A DNA stretch of 64,000 bases, taken from contig NIVC01001642.1 of NCBI GenBank assembly GCA_002269645.1, positions 7,214 to 71,213 on the forward strand, given 5' to 3'. Each line of letters starts with the position of its first letter. The stretch's first letter is position 1. This stretch comes from Macrostomum lignano (Eukaryota). The position numbers were made by a program, and so were the translations under genes. Below are positions 1-12,990 of the stretch, piece after piece. The notes under the pieces are model-generated. The model was not told the origin of the DNA, did not search any database, and saw nothing but the letters and a program-made list of their open reading frames with translations.

Positions 1-225
1 GCTGTTTGAGTAGATTGGGGCGGGGGGCGGATTGATGGCTGTTTGAGTAGATTGGGAGGGGGCGGATTGATGGCTGTTTGAGTAGATTGGGGGGGCGGAT
101 TGATGGCTGTTTGAGTAGAGTGGGGCGGGGGGCGGATTGATAGCTGCTTGGGTAGATTGGAGGCGGATTGATGGCTGTTTGAGTAGAGTGGGGCGGGGGG
201 CGGATTGATAGCTGTTTGAGCAGAA
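1..225. repeat. ~37-bp minisatellite (GCTGTTTGAGTAGATTGGGGCGGGGGGCGGATTGATG), about 6 copies, in an STK32 intron
   Basis: Direct tandem copies with length variation in the G-runs. Confidence 0.9.
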
Positions 226-241
226 TTCCAAAACGAACTCA

Positions 242-1461
<1,220 letters not shown>

Positions 1462-2489
1462 AAAGCACCCAATGGTGGCTGCCTGGTAGCTGGTTAATGC
1501 TTTAATAAAGACAGCGTCACCCTGCTTTGTAAATATGCTGTCATAAATAATAAAAATTAATGATCGATTTAAAGAGTCTTGCACTAAAATAGTTATCAAT
1601 TTTTTATGTTTAAATAGTTACATTTGTGTATGACATAAATTACCATATAAGTTAATTTTTATCCTAAATTTACTCAAAAAAGGGAACTATATTCTGCTAT
1701 AGACATTCAAGACTTAAAAAGATTTTAAAGGCTAATAAATATACAAAAAATCTGACATAGCAAGCTGGTTTATTATAGATTTTTTCTTAATTGATTTCTA
1801 AGCTTATCATTTCAACTTACAGATGATGTAATAATTATGAGACAATATATAGATAATATAATAAAGATGCCTAAGTTTATCATACAAAGCATAAAATTTT
1901 TCTAGGAAGTACTGGCCTCTAGGTGATATAATCTATCTCAATATGATTTATATGGCCCAATTTTTCTATCTTAGTGGTCTAGTGTCTAATAGTTATAAGG
2001 ATTTACAATATTGCTATAGACTTGTCTAGGCTGCCTTTTAATTTGTAAGGGCTGTCCTAGTCTAAGGCCTTGCTTGACTGCCAGTGGATGACACTATTCT
2101 AGTGATTAAGACTGTCCTATTATATAATGTCAAGACCTATATGCTAATATGAGGTGTGTCCCAAAAGTTCCTAAAATTTCTATCATTACTCGACAATTAT
2201 TGAGCATATCTTCACATCCTTGGTGTTAAATGAAAGATGAATTTCTCATTAAAATATAGCTATTTGAATCACGTCAATATGTCTAACCATCTCTTTGCTA
2301 CACATAAAAATGTTTGCAAAGGTTGGTACTAGGGTCACACATCCTTAAGAGCCTTTTGAAAAAAAACAATGATATTCATAAAACAGTGAAGAAAAGAAAT
2401 ATGGGATAATTTAAACAGCAACATTGATTAAATCTCAAGTTAGTCAGCAGTAGGAAAAGTTCAAATGTATATTTACTCATCCAACTCAG

Positions 2490-2790
2490 CCTGTGGCTTT
2501 TCAATTGTAGTTGCCATCCAAATGCATACATTTCTGCCACCTGGATCACATGGCATTGATGGCCTTGGCAAATGTAGAGCAAGGCATTTCATAGAGGATG
2601 ACATGGCAAATGAGGCTTTCAAGTTCACTTCAGTTTTTAAAAACCCGGCCACAAAGAAGTCTTTTCATTTGGGGTAATATTGCAAAATTGGCAGGCACCA
2701 TATCTGGCAAGTATGGCAGATGAGACAGCAACTCAAAGTTGAACTGCTCAATCTTCTCCATCGTCTTTCCTGCTATATGGGGTCTATCAG
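2490..2790 (-). mobile_element. Degenerate mariner transposase C-terminal fragment
   Basis: The minus strand reads ...FELLSHLPYLPDMVPANFAILPQMKRLLCGRVF...SRWQKCMHLDGNY, matching mariner HPPYSPDLAPSDF...RW.KC...G.Y, with stops. Confidence 0.75.
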
Positions 2791-3159
2791 TAAGGGTAAT
2801 ACTTTTCTATGGTGCACTAAGGCTCTTAGTTTTAGTGTTTTAGTTTTAGTGTAGTTTTAGGATAAATAGCAAGAGTAACCATGAGTGTCTTATTAAGGCT
2901 AAATTCCTTGTTATCTAATTAGTACTATATCTATATTCAGTACAAAAGTTAACATGATCTGTTGCATCATACAGAGCTATAATTTTAGATCTCATGTTAT
3001 ATAGTCACAAATTTTCAATAGGGCACATCGTAAACCACAGTAATATTTTGTCTAGGCCCTACTGTCCTTATATTCTCTTATAACTAACTAGCTTAACTGA
3101 TTAATATTATACATTTTATTGTATTTAGGGATAGAATGATATAAAAAATGGGTCTATGA

Positions 3160-4360
3160 AATTTGCTAGCAAGAAATTTGCTTGCCAAAATCTGCTAGCT
3201 GAAATCTGCTAGCCGAAATTTGCTAGCAGGAATTTTGCTGGCCAAAAGTTGCTAGCAGGAATTTTGCTAGCAAGGATTTAGCTAGCCAAAATCTGCTAGC
3301 AGGAATTTGCTGACCAAACTTCTTGCAACCGGCGTCAAAAGATTGCTTGTTTTCTGGCAATGGCAATGTATTGTTTTACCTAAAAAAATCCACAGAAGTG
3401 GGTAAAAATCCCAAATATTTTATAACTAAAAGCATCAGCATCAGTTCAAGTGTTTGGAAAGTCAGTTTGTCATTGTGGGGGACAGAATACTCTCAAGTCG
3501 CAATCAGATAGCTTGTAGTTAGGACAGTAGTTGAATTCCTTATTGAACTGTCATGGCTAAATGTTAGTAGAGAAGGCTATAAAAAGTTTTTCCAGAACAC
3601 TGTATATTTGCTATGTACATTGAGCCCTATCACCTGATCGTTGGTCTAGGGTAATGAGTGAGTGAGTAGCACAAACAACAGAAAAAGCTGACAAACTTCA
3701 CATGCCTACAGTTTATGTTCTAACTGGGGTACAAAGTTGAGACTTTATATTTAGACAGAGAATGAGTCAATGAAGAATTTTATCAAGTTTAAAGTCAATC
3801 GCTGTACGTGGAGCAAACTTATGGCAGCTGAAAGTTAGTTAATTTTAAACCCCCTTCACACATCTCTCCAGTGGTCAAGAAGGAGAGAGGCGGAGGTTGG
3901 GGTGGCTGTCTTGCTGACGAAAAGCAGACTAACTTAAAAAAAAAACTGTGTTGTTAGGAATTAACTTCGAGACTCAAAAATTTCTACACGATTGTCAAAA
4001 TAGTTGAAAATTGGATTGTGTCCAATTTGAAGAGGATTGGTAAAGCTGTAAAGGTAAAAGTGGAATGACGCTATAGAGGATTTATTGAAATTCTTGCAAA
4101 ACTGGACAAGCAAATTGTCTCTAGCTAATTACAACTTCCTGAGTTTGGCCAGCCAAATTGCTGCTTGCCGGTTTTGGTTGGATTCCTGCTAGCAGATTTT
4201 GGCTAGCAAAATCCTCGCTAGCAAAATTCCTGCTAGCAAGCTTCGGCTAGCAAATTTTGGCTAGCAGATTTTGCTAGCAAACTTTGGCTAGCAGATTTCG
4301 GCAAGCAAATTTCTTGCTAGCAAACTTTGGCTAGCAGATTTCCTGCTAGCAAATCTCGTA
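3160..4360. mobile_element. Foldback/MITE-like element with ~150-200 bp inverted arms built of TGCTAGCA subrepeats
   Basis: Left AAATTTGCTAGCAAGAAATTTGCTTGCCAAAATCTGCTAGC is the near-exact reverse complement of right GCTAGCAGATTTCGGCAAGCAAATTTCTTGCTAGCAAACTT. About 0.85 kb of non-coding spacer lies between the arms. Confidence 0.7.
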
Positions 4361-6067
4361 CTCCCAAAAAAATCCTTTAAAGGAAGGCCAAGCTATATTA
4401 AGCATTATAACCCAATGGCCAATATTGAAAAATGGACCATGTATATCTATAAGTCAAAAACATATGGCCCAAATCTTTTTGGCCATGCCTAAGAAAAATG
4501 GCCATGGCTCCCTTGGCTACCCCTTTAGATCTACTATTAGACATGGTTATAAAAGTTTATTCATTTTTAATTAAAAATGTTTTACACTACACTTAATAAA
4601 ACTAAAACATGCAATATTGTAGGCCTAATTAAAAAACATTAGGCTTATATAACATAAGGACATTTAGTTTTATTCAATAAATATTATTTTGTAGTATATT
4701 GGATATTGATGATTTTTCATAAGACTGTATATAAAATAATAAATAAATTATAAAATTTTTATTCTATAACAAAATGTATCATAGCCATAGGCCCTATTTT
4801 AAACCTAAAAATAAAACTTCAAATAAATTATTAACATATCTTAGGCCTAGTTAGACTTAGGCCTAGGCCATACTTCAGAAGATATACTGCAATAGTAATG
4901 TATATTACTATTAGAAATTCAAATGCTAGGTCTACTATATTAGCTATTTTAGATGAGTAATTTATGACTACAAAAAGTTATAAATGATACTGACATCAAG
5001 GTTTTTACATAAAAATAGGGCCTAATATAGAGCCCTAGGGTCCTAAGCCTAAGGACCTAAGCACTTAGCACTATAGATAGATAGGCCTATGGTGGTTATT
5101 TAAGAATAAGAGCACATGTTTGTTATATTTAATAGTATTGACAAATAAAATTATATTTTAGGAACTAGCAATAAATTATATTATTGAACTACCTCTCTTG
5201 ACTCTCGTCTCGACTTAACTGAAAGACCAAAAAGCTAAAAAACCAAAGGCCAAAGCCGAAAGGGTTTAGGCCTAAACATTTTTAAAATTGCAAAATCGCT
5301 ACGAGTCTAGGAAAAATGGATGGATTTTGAATTGCAGCGCCTTTCTATGAAACAACTTTCTTGTCGTTATCGATATCCAACCTTTAAACAACGGATAAAG
5401 CAGCTGTAAGCAGCTATAAGCTGCTATAAGCAGCTGTCAAATCCTTCCAAATCAATGCTCAGCTCGGCCGGAAAAGCTAAAAATCAGCGTGCAATAAAAG
5501 TAATTTTTAAACTGTCTAACAATGGGCGTCGACGGTTGGCACTTTGGCACAGTTAGACGCCTCAATGCTAAGACCTCAGCCAAGGGACACTTAGAACTTT
5601 GGTGTTGCACAGCCAATTTCTTTCAGCTGTGCATCCTAGAGTCTTGTTGTTATCTATTCAATGATCAAACTTTCTTTGTACATGTACTATACTATTCTCA
5701 TATTTTTTCTTTATTCTAGGTCTACTTAAGCTATAGCCTATACTAGGCTTTACTCATTTTGGTATTTTAATTGGGTTGATATAATTGTACTATGCCTATT
5801 ATTATCTTATTTGTGTCTTGTTTTTCTAAGTGTCAATTAGGCCTAGGTCTATTAGCCTATAAGCTTATTTCCTATAATAATACCCATTTTCATCTTCACT
5901 TATAATATAGGCCTTAATTATAAATAATGTAGAATTGTGTCTGCATTATTTATAGATCATACCAAGTATACCTAGGCCTAGTCCTACCTGAGCCTAAGTA
6001 AGGAAATTAAAAAATAATAAAAATATAAAAAAAAAATTTATCTAAAAGGAAAAGTAATATATATTCT

Positions 6068-6652
6068 CAGATCCTTAGTTGCTAGGTTGCCTCACCTTCC
6101 TAGATGCTTAGTTGCTAAGCCACCTTCAGATCCTCAGTTGCTAAGCCATCTTAGTTGCTAGGCTGTCTACAACTCTTCTAGATCCTGGGTTGCTAGGCCA
6201 TCCCACTTTCCTAGATCCTAAATTGCTAGGCTAGGCCTCCCTACTTTCCTAGATCCTGAGTTGCTAGGCCATCCTAACCCCACCTTCCTAGATCCTGAGT
6301 TGCTAGGCCACCCTAACTGCATCTTCCTAGATCCTAAATTGCTAGGCCCCCCATCCTACTAGATCCTTGGTTGCTAGGCCACCCTCAGGAGGCACCCTCC
6401 CAGATCCTTAGTTGCTGGGCCACCCTCCCAGACCCAGATCCTCAGTTGCTAGGCCATCCTCCCATATTCCTCAGTTGCTAAGCCAGCCTCCTAGATCCTC
6501 AGTTGTTGGGCCAGCCTCCTAGATCTTCAGTTGCTAGGCTACCCTCCTAGATCCTTAATTGCTGGGCCAGTCTCCCAGATCCTCAGTTGCTAGGCCAGCC
6601 TCTTAGATCCTCAGTTGCTGGGCTACCCCCCCAGATCATTAGTTGCTAGGCC
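6068..6652. repeat. Diverged ~28-30 bp minisatellite (AGATCCTCAGTTGCTAGGCCACCCTCCT)
   Basis: About 19 recognisable units with the conserved core AGATCCTCAGTTGCT. Confidence 0.85.
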
Positions 6653-6980
6653 ATAGAGGTTTAAGTGGGTTCATAAAAATTCTTTAAAAAATCATAAAAA
6701 TTCTTATAGCAAACACTTAAACAGAAGTTACAATATATGTACCTGCGCCATTTTATAAAGTGATGGCTTCCTCAGTGTCATGTAGGATTCTTCTATTCTA
6801 ACTTAGTTGTCTACAAATCATTTGAATATAGACTACTAATATCAGTAGTAGATAAAGCGTCATTCCACTCTACTCTTAATTCGATTCATGAGTGTGTCTT
6901 TCTGTCTTAGTGTTTGTCTTTCCGTCTGTCTGTCTGCTGACTACTGTACAATAAAATCAAAAAACTTTCCAGCGCACCAT

Positions 6981-9064
6981 ATGGCAGCCGCCAAGCCAAA
7001 AGTCTCCAACCCGCTGAGCCTGAGCCTGCCAGACCGGGCACTCAGCGGCATCCTGCGCTGCCTGGACCTGCGCAGCCTGGCCGCCTGTCGTCTCGTCTGC
7101 CGCGCCTGGCTGTCTCGCATCGACGCTTTTTGCAGCGGCGGCGCCTGCGTTGGTGGTGGCTTGTTGACCGCTGGTCGCGCCGTCCGTCAGCTGTGCGGCG
7201 GCGGCAGCAGTGCAAAATCGCCGACCGCCTGGCAGGCGCTGCAGCTGTCTAGACGGTGCAGCTTGGTGTGCTCCACGCTGAAAGAGACGGACGTGCAGTG
7301 CGAGGAGGAGCTGCTGCCGAGCCTGCCGGACCTGCAGCTGCTGCCCATGGTGAGTGCTCGGCGCTCGCTCACAAATCAATGCTGCAATATTGTGTGGCTA
7401 TAAGAAACGAACCAGAAAATGCGCAGCTGGAAATTTAAACTACTTATAGTAGGTTTCAGTCTACCATGGGGGCCATGGATTTTATGGTGGGGGGGGGCAA
7501 AGTAAGGAATTCTACATGACTAAGTTCCTACATAATTTTGAGAATCGGTGTTGTTAGCACTCGTTTTGGCGCCGCAGGCACTTATTTTAGCGCCACAGAC
7601 ATTCATTTTAGCGCCTCAGGCACTCATTTTAGCGCCGGAGACACTGAGACACTCATTTTAGCGCCGGAGACACTGAGACACTTATTTTGGCGCCCCAAAG
7701 CAAAATTATTGATTTCCATAGCATTTAAATGTCCCTCCTATAGCTTTCACTCGGTGGGGAGTCGGGGACATGCCCCCCCTGTCCCCCCGGTGGCGACGCC
7801 CCTGCGTGAAAGTGAATGACTCTTGTACTTGAGGTCCCAAGTTCGAGCCCCTATGCTCGTCGCAAAGTTTCCTACGTAACACCGTTTGCAGTCGGACAAG
7901 GGCGGCCGCGGCCGCCTGATGCTGCGAACTCGGATGCTGGACCGTGGCCGCTGCCGCCTTATCAATCGGCTACTGAAAGTGCCCCAAATACCCGAGGATG
8001 CCGAGTGCAGCTTGAAGTTCTGCGCCACCTCCTGGATCGGTCTGGTCATCTGCCGCTTCAACGATGGCACATGCGTGGTGACGCTGCCGCTGAGGCCTGG
8101 CGACGGCGGACTGGGCGGAGACGAAGTGCTGACCCAGGCGGTGATCAGCCCGCCTATATCCGGCATTTTCCCTGTTGTCATGGCAACGCACAAGTGCGCC
8201 AAGTGCGGCCAAGACCAGCTGCTGGTCTACAGTATGAGCTTGGCTGCGCCCCAGCTCAGCCTGTGGTCGCTGCCGCCCGCCGCCGACTCGTTCGGCAGGT
8301 CGCCGCAAGTCATCGGCAAGCCGCACAGCGTCCTGCAAAGTGGTGTCGTGGGCAGCGATGAAGAGGCCCTGCGGATGCTGCAGGTGGCGTCGCCTGTCGA
8401 GTCGGAGTTTGCCGTGTTCGCCGTGATGAACAGCAACGATGAGGACACTCTGACCACCGTCAGCTTCGTCCGCGCCGGGTGCCGCCAGCTCAGCCTCCTC
8501 CGCAGCCGCATCAGCCTGGGCGGAGACGAGTGCGGCTTCATCACGGACTCCAGCGACGGCGTCCTCGTCACCATGGTGATCGACGGCCTTCGCCGACGTC
8601 GTGGACAGGCTCGCTGTCAGCTGAGACTCCGAGTGACTCGTCACGTGCTGGCCGGACCGAAGTGCACTGTGTGTCCAGAGACCTTCCTGTACAACTGCCC
8701 GATGCCGTCTGCTGAGGTGCCCGAATCCCAGCCTAAGCTAATTGGCCACGGCAGGCAGCTGCTGTGCGTGACCTTCATGGTGCCGCACTGCCTGGCTCTG
8801 TATCGGCCGAGCTGTCCGCAGCCTCCGGTCGTCATCGACCTGCCCAACGACCAGCCGTTGCACTTTCTGTGGCCGGTCGGCAACTGGCTGAACTGCGGCA
8901 TCGACCCGGAGCGGCAGAGCTGCCCGCTGCTGGTGTCAGCTGGCATGGAGCGAGATGAAGCAAACAAACAGAGCCACCTGCTGAGCTTGAGCTTCTCTAA
9001 GGATGCTCCGCAGTCAGCTGTGTGGCAGCGGACTGTGCAGTTTGGCAGCTCGGTTTCTGAGTAA
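6981..9064 (+). CDS. F-box protein, 2 exons (6981-7349, 7892-9064; 513 aa) with an unassigned beta-rich C-terminal domain
   Basis: F-box motif LSLPDRALSGILRCLDLRSLAACRLVCRAW. Donor ATG|GTGAGT at 7350 and acceptor TTGCAG at 7891 are both phase 0. The frame is open to TAA at 9064, and a paralog at 10979-12650 supports the coding region. Confidence 0.85.
7467..7803. mobile_element. MITE-like insertion in the F-box intron with ~21-bp internal subrepeats (CACTCATTTTAGCGCCGGAGA)
   Basis: Internal tandem subrepeats and a G/C-run terminus (GGTGGCGACGCCCCTG) of the kind seen at non-autonomous DNA element ends. Boundaries are approximate. Confidence 0.4.
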
Positions 9065-9405
9065 CAGCTTTGATTTATTTGTTGACATTTGGTTTCAGAC
9101 TTTGTGCTCATCAGTTTACTAATTCTTCTGCAAGCATTTGACAGGTCTGTTTGATCTATTTTTAGCATTAATTATATCCAATCTGCCCTGCATTTTATCA
9201 AGTACAATAATTTTTTAGACAATTTGTTTGTCACTTGAGTCTCGACTTTTTTTACTATAATTTTTCGCTGTCGCTTTGTTGCTTTGGCTTAATTTTAACT
9301 CGTTCGTTATTAAATATATAAAAAATAGGCGAATTCTTCGCTTTCTCAAAAATCGTTCTGAGTTTTATACTCTTATTCAATTTTTAGACGTTGCTCTTCA
9401 TACCT

Positions 9406-9830
9406 TCTCCATCCCCACAGTCACAAATCATTTAGTTCCCCATCCCCACAGTCACAGATCATTCAGTTCCCCATCCCCACAGTCACAAATCATTTAGTTC
9501 CCCATCCCCACAGTCACAGATCATTCAGTTCCCCATCCCCACAGTCACAAATCATTTAGTTCCCCATCCCCACAGTCACAAATCATTTAGTTCCCCATCC
9601 CCACAGTCACAAATCATTTAGTTCCCCATCCCCACAGTCACAAATCATTTAGTTCCCCATCCCCACAGTCACAAATCATTTAGTTCCCCATCCCCACAGT
9701 CACAAATCATTTAGTTCCCCATCCCCACAGTCACAAATCATTTAGTTCCCCATCCCCACAGTCACAAATCATTTAGTTCCCCATCCCCACAGTCACAAAT
9801 CATTTAGTTCCCCATCCCACAGTCACAAAT
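9406..9830. repeat. 31-bp tandem repeat (CCCCATCCCCACAGTCACAAATCATTTAGTT), about 13 copies
   Basis: Near-identical head-to-tail units with no spacers. Confidence 0.95.
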
Positions 9831-9967
9831 CCCTATCCTGCATATCCCCATCCTGCAAATCCCCTTCCTGCGGATCCCCATCCTGCAGATCTCTATTCTG
9901 CAGATTCAGGAAGAACCTGTTTCTCAGTTCACGGGACTGTCAGTACTGGAGGCGGAAATGGGATAGC

Positions 9968-10311
9968 AACGTTTGCCAGCCGACGTTTGCCAACCGACGT
10001 TTGCCAACGTGACATTTGCAGGCGGTAATTGGTTTTATAGAATTATGCCGCGTTCTAGTGGGCAGTTGTTTGATAGTAACCTGTACTAGTGAGCAGTTTT
10101 TTGTTATGAATAGTAACCTGTATATTTAGTAGCAGTAGTAGGGAGCGAGGTGGGGTTAGATTAGTGCTATGTCCGCAGTTTTCAAATTGAATTACATGTA
10201 AGCCTAGAGAGGGCATAATTCTTTAACCGATTACTGTCTGCAAAAGTAAATGTCCGGCTGTCAAACGTCAGCTGGCGAACGTCGGCTGGCAAACGTCCCG
10301 CTGGCAAACGT
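9968..10311. mobile_element. MITE with ~70-bp imperfect terminal inverted repeats made of ACGTTTGCCAGC subunits
   Basis: AACGTTTGCCAGCCGACGTT...GCAGGCGGTAATTGGTT on the left pairs with AACCGATTACTGTCTGC...AACGTCGGCTGGCAAACGT on the right. Confidence 0.7.
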
Positions 10312-10978
10312 CGTAGACCCGGTGGAAATGATTGATACTTTGCTGGAAGAAGCGTCCACATATACAGCTTTGACTGACCAAGATCTGGATGAAATTGCCA
10401 AGATGGAGGACACGGGAAGCCATCACTTATATTATCTGCCGTACGAGTTCCTCAGTCGATAGCGCTTTACCCACTGGTCTCAAAGCAGTAGAAGGTCCGG
10501 CTTGCGCATCAGGGATGTCAGCTTCTTCCAGTTTCTACCCGAAAAACTCATCCATCAGGCCAAATTCCAACTCTTGATCCATTGTCTGAGCTTTCTTATT
10601 AGGCAAATAAAAAGTCGTTTTATTGGGAGTGAAGATTCTGCGGGGCGTTCCAGACACCCATACTCTACAGCGAGGACGATGATAATTGAATGTCCATTGC
10701 ATGAAGTAGGGATTCTAAGATTCGTAGTCTAAGATTAAATTAATGTAATGTATTCCTCAGAATACACTGTCTGTGGCAGAAAGCGTATTCTGAAGAGTGT
10801 TGATCTTTTACTGACGTACACAAAAACATCGGCGTCCTGAAAAGCCAAAATGAAATCGTCCAGGGTCGCTGTCGCAAGTAGCAATAAGGAGAAATCAAAG
10901 AACTGAACAACAAGCAATAACGTTCTTCAACAAGTATATTTGCACCCGTAGACAAAGAGATTCTTCCAACCTTGAGCG

Positions 10979-12650
10979 ATGCAGCCGGACTTCTTGCATC
11001 AGCGCATGCCGGACCACGCGCTCAGCTGCATTCTGCACCGCCTGGACCTGCGCAGCTTTGCCGCCTGTCGCCTTGTCTGCCGGAGCTGGCACTGTCGAAT
11101 CGACGACAGCCGCGTTCTGGAAGCGGCCCGGACCTCCTGGCACCTGTGCGCGATGTTAACCGGCGGTCAGGCTTGGAAGGTGGCCACCCAGAGAGGCTTG
11201 GTGTGCTCGGAGCTGGAGGAGAGGGTCGTGACCTCCGAGGACGAGCTGGTGCCCATTCTAGAGGACCTGGAGCTGCTGGCATGGTGAGTTCCTGAAGCCA
11301 TGCAGGAAGTATTTATTTACCTAGTTTAAACTAGCACTATACTACAGTATAGCTAGTTTCGTCATTGCAACGACAGAGGTCATAGAGAAGTCATGCATAG
11401 CTGGAATCCAGGGCCGTCATAGCATAGTATCGATCGGGGTTCATAGCTGGTCCCCGAAATCCACTTGCAGCATGATCAAACGGGCAACGGAGGCCTGCAG
11501 ATGTACACCAGGATGCTGGACTGCCGCATGCTGCATCGAACTTTCCGAGTGCCCCAGGTGTTCGCTGATGTCAGCTACATGACGCGATACTGCTCCACCT
11601 CTTGGGTGGGCCTGGCACGGTGCGAGCGAAATGGAGTCTATGGAGGCGTGCTGGCGGTGCCTTTGAAGCCGGGCAGAAGCGGCCTGGGGAGAGATAAGCT
11701 CTAATTCAGGCTGACATTAGAGTAATGATTACAACCTCCATGGCTTATGACGTTGTCATGGCAACACACAAGTGCCCCACCTGCGGGGACACACAGCTGC
11801 TGCTACTGAACAGTTTCTTGGTGGACCAGCTGAAGCTGTGGTCGCTGCCGCCCGCTGGCGTCTTCGTGCCACCGCCTGTGCTGACGCAGCCGCACAGCGT
11901 CCTGCACGACGTCACAAATGACGCCGGCAACGAAGAGGGGCTTCGGCTGCTGCAGGTTGCGTCGCCCGTCGAGTCGGAGTTTGCCGTGATGAACAGCAAC
12001 GAGTGCGACACTCGGACCACCGTCAGCTTCGTCCGCGCCTTTTGCCGCCAGCTCAGCCTCATCCGAAGCCGCATCAGCCTGGGCGGAGACGAGTGCGGCT
12101 TCATTGCGGACTCCAGCGACCGCGTTCTCGTCACCATGGTGATTGACAGCCTTCGCCGACGTCGTGGGCAGACTCGGCGCTAGCGGAGACTTCGAGTGAC
12201 TCGTCACGTGCTGACTGGGCCGAGCTGCCAAGTGCAGGCTGAGACCTTCTTGTACAACTGCCCGATGCCGTCCGCTGAGGTGCCCGACTCCCGTCCCGAG
12301 CTGCTTGGCCACGGCAGGAAGCTGCTGTGCGTGACCTTCGTTGAACTGGAGCGCCTGGCTCTGTACCGGCCGAGTTTCCGCAGCCTCTGGTCGTCATCAA
12401 CTTTTCCCACCCACTCGATAATTCATATTTCTCGTGGCCAGTTGGAGACTGGCTTGACCGCGGCATGGACCCTGAGAGGCAGAGCTGCCCGCTGCTGCTG
12501 GTTTTGGGGTTTCAGCCTTTTTCTCCAGGCACCGACCAGCTGGTCTCCGTGCCCAGCCACCTGCTGAGCTGGACCTGCGCCAAGGAGATCCCGGAGACCG
12601 CCGCTGTGTGGCAACAGGCCGTGCGGCTTGGCAGCTTCGGGTCCGAGTGA
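10979..12650 (+). pseudogene. Tandem paralog of the F-box gene, disrupted
   Basis: Same exon layout (donor about 11284, acceptor 11470) and F-box (MPDHALSCILHRLDLRSFAACRLVCRSW). Lesions relative to the paralog: a 1-nt loss before the donor, a frameshift near 11700, CAG>TAG nonsense at 12181-12183 and further frameshifting from about 12375. The indels could partly be read errors; the nonsense codon is harder to explain that way. Confidence 0.8.
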
Positions 12651-12700
12651 CGGACTGCTGCATCTGAGTCTCCATTTACCAATTAAAGTTGTTTTTTGTT

Positions 12701-12990
12701 AATAATAATAGCAATAGATTATTACACCTACCCCAGTTGGACCAGATGTGCAACCGACAGCTCAGCCACAGTTATTGCGCGGCGCATTTGAAGGCTGCTT
12801 TTGGCTGTGTCAGTTCGCACACTCTCAATTACCCCAGCTAATGCCAGTACAGCTGGGTGAACTGCAGCAATGCAGAGTTAAGCAAGTGTCTTGCTTGCTT
12901 AAGGACACAAACTGTTTCAGTGGGATCGAGAATCGAACCCCCAACCTTCAAGTCGCGAGTCCGACGCTCTAACCACTAGGCTACAATCCC
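12701..12990 (-). mobile_element. tRNA-derived SINE (~290 bp) with 9-bp TSD
   Basis: The head GGGATTGTAGCCTAGTGGTTAGAGCGTCGGACTCGCGACTTGAAGGTTGGGGGTTCGATTCTCGATCCCA has A and B boxes. It is followed by a GTGTCCTTAAGCAAG...CACCCAGCTGTA body and a TTA-rich tail. TTTTTTGTT occurs at 12692-12700 and 12991-12999. Confidence 0.85.

Noticed and set aside
7970-8644. Antisense and alternate-frame ORFs over the F-box, LINE, gag, HSPA12 and 52 kb genes
   Set aside because: Expected shadow ORFs of GC-rich coding sequence.
9406-9830. Regular ~30-bp repeats as a CRISPR array (also the arrays at 15.7, 32, 37.4 and 62 kb)
   Set aside because: Units are head-to-tail with no unique spacers, there are no cas genes, and the context is eukaryotic.
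12918-12990. Functional tRNA-Ala gene
   Set aside because: The anticodon and T stems are mispaired, and the sequence continues into a SINE body with tail and TSD.
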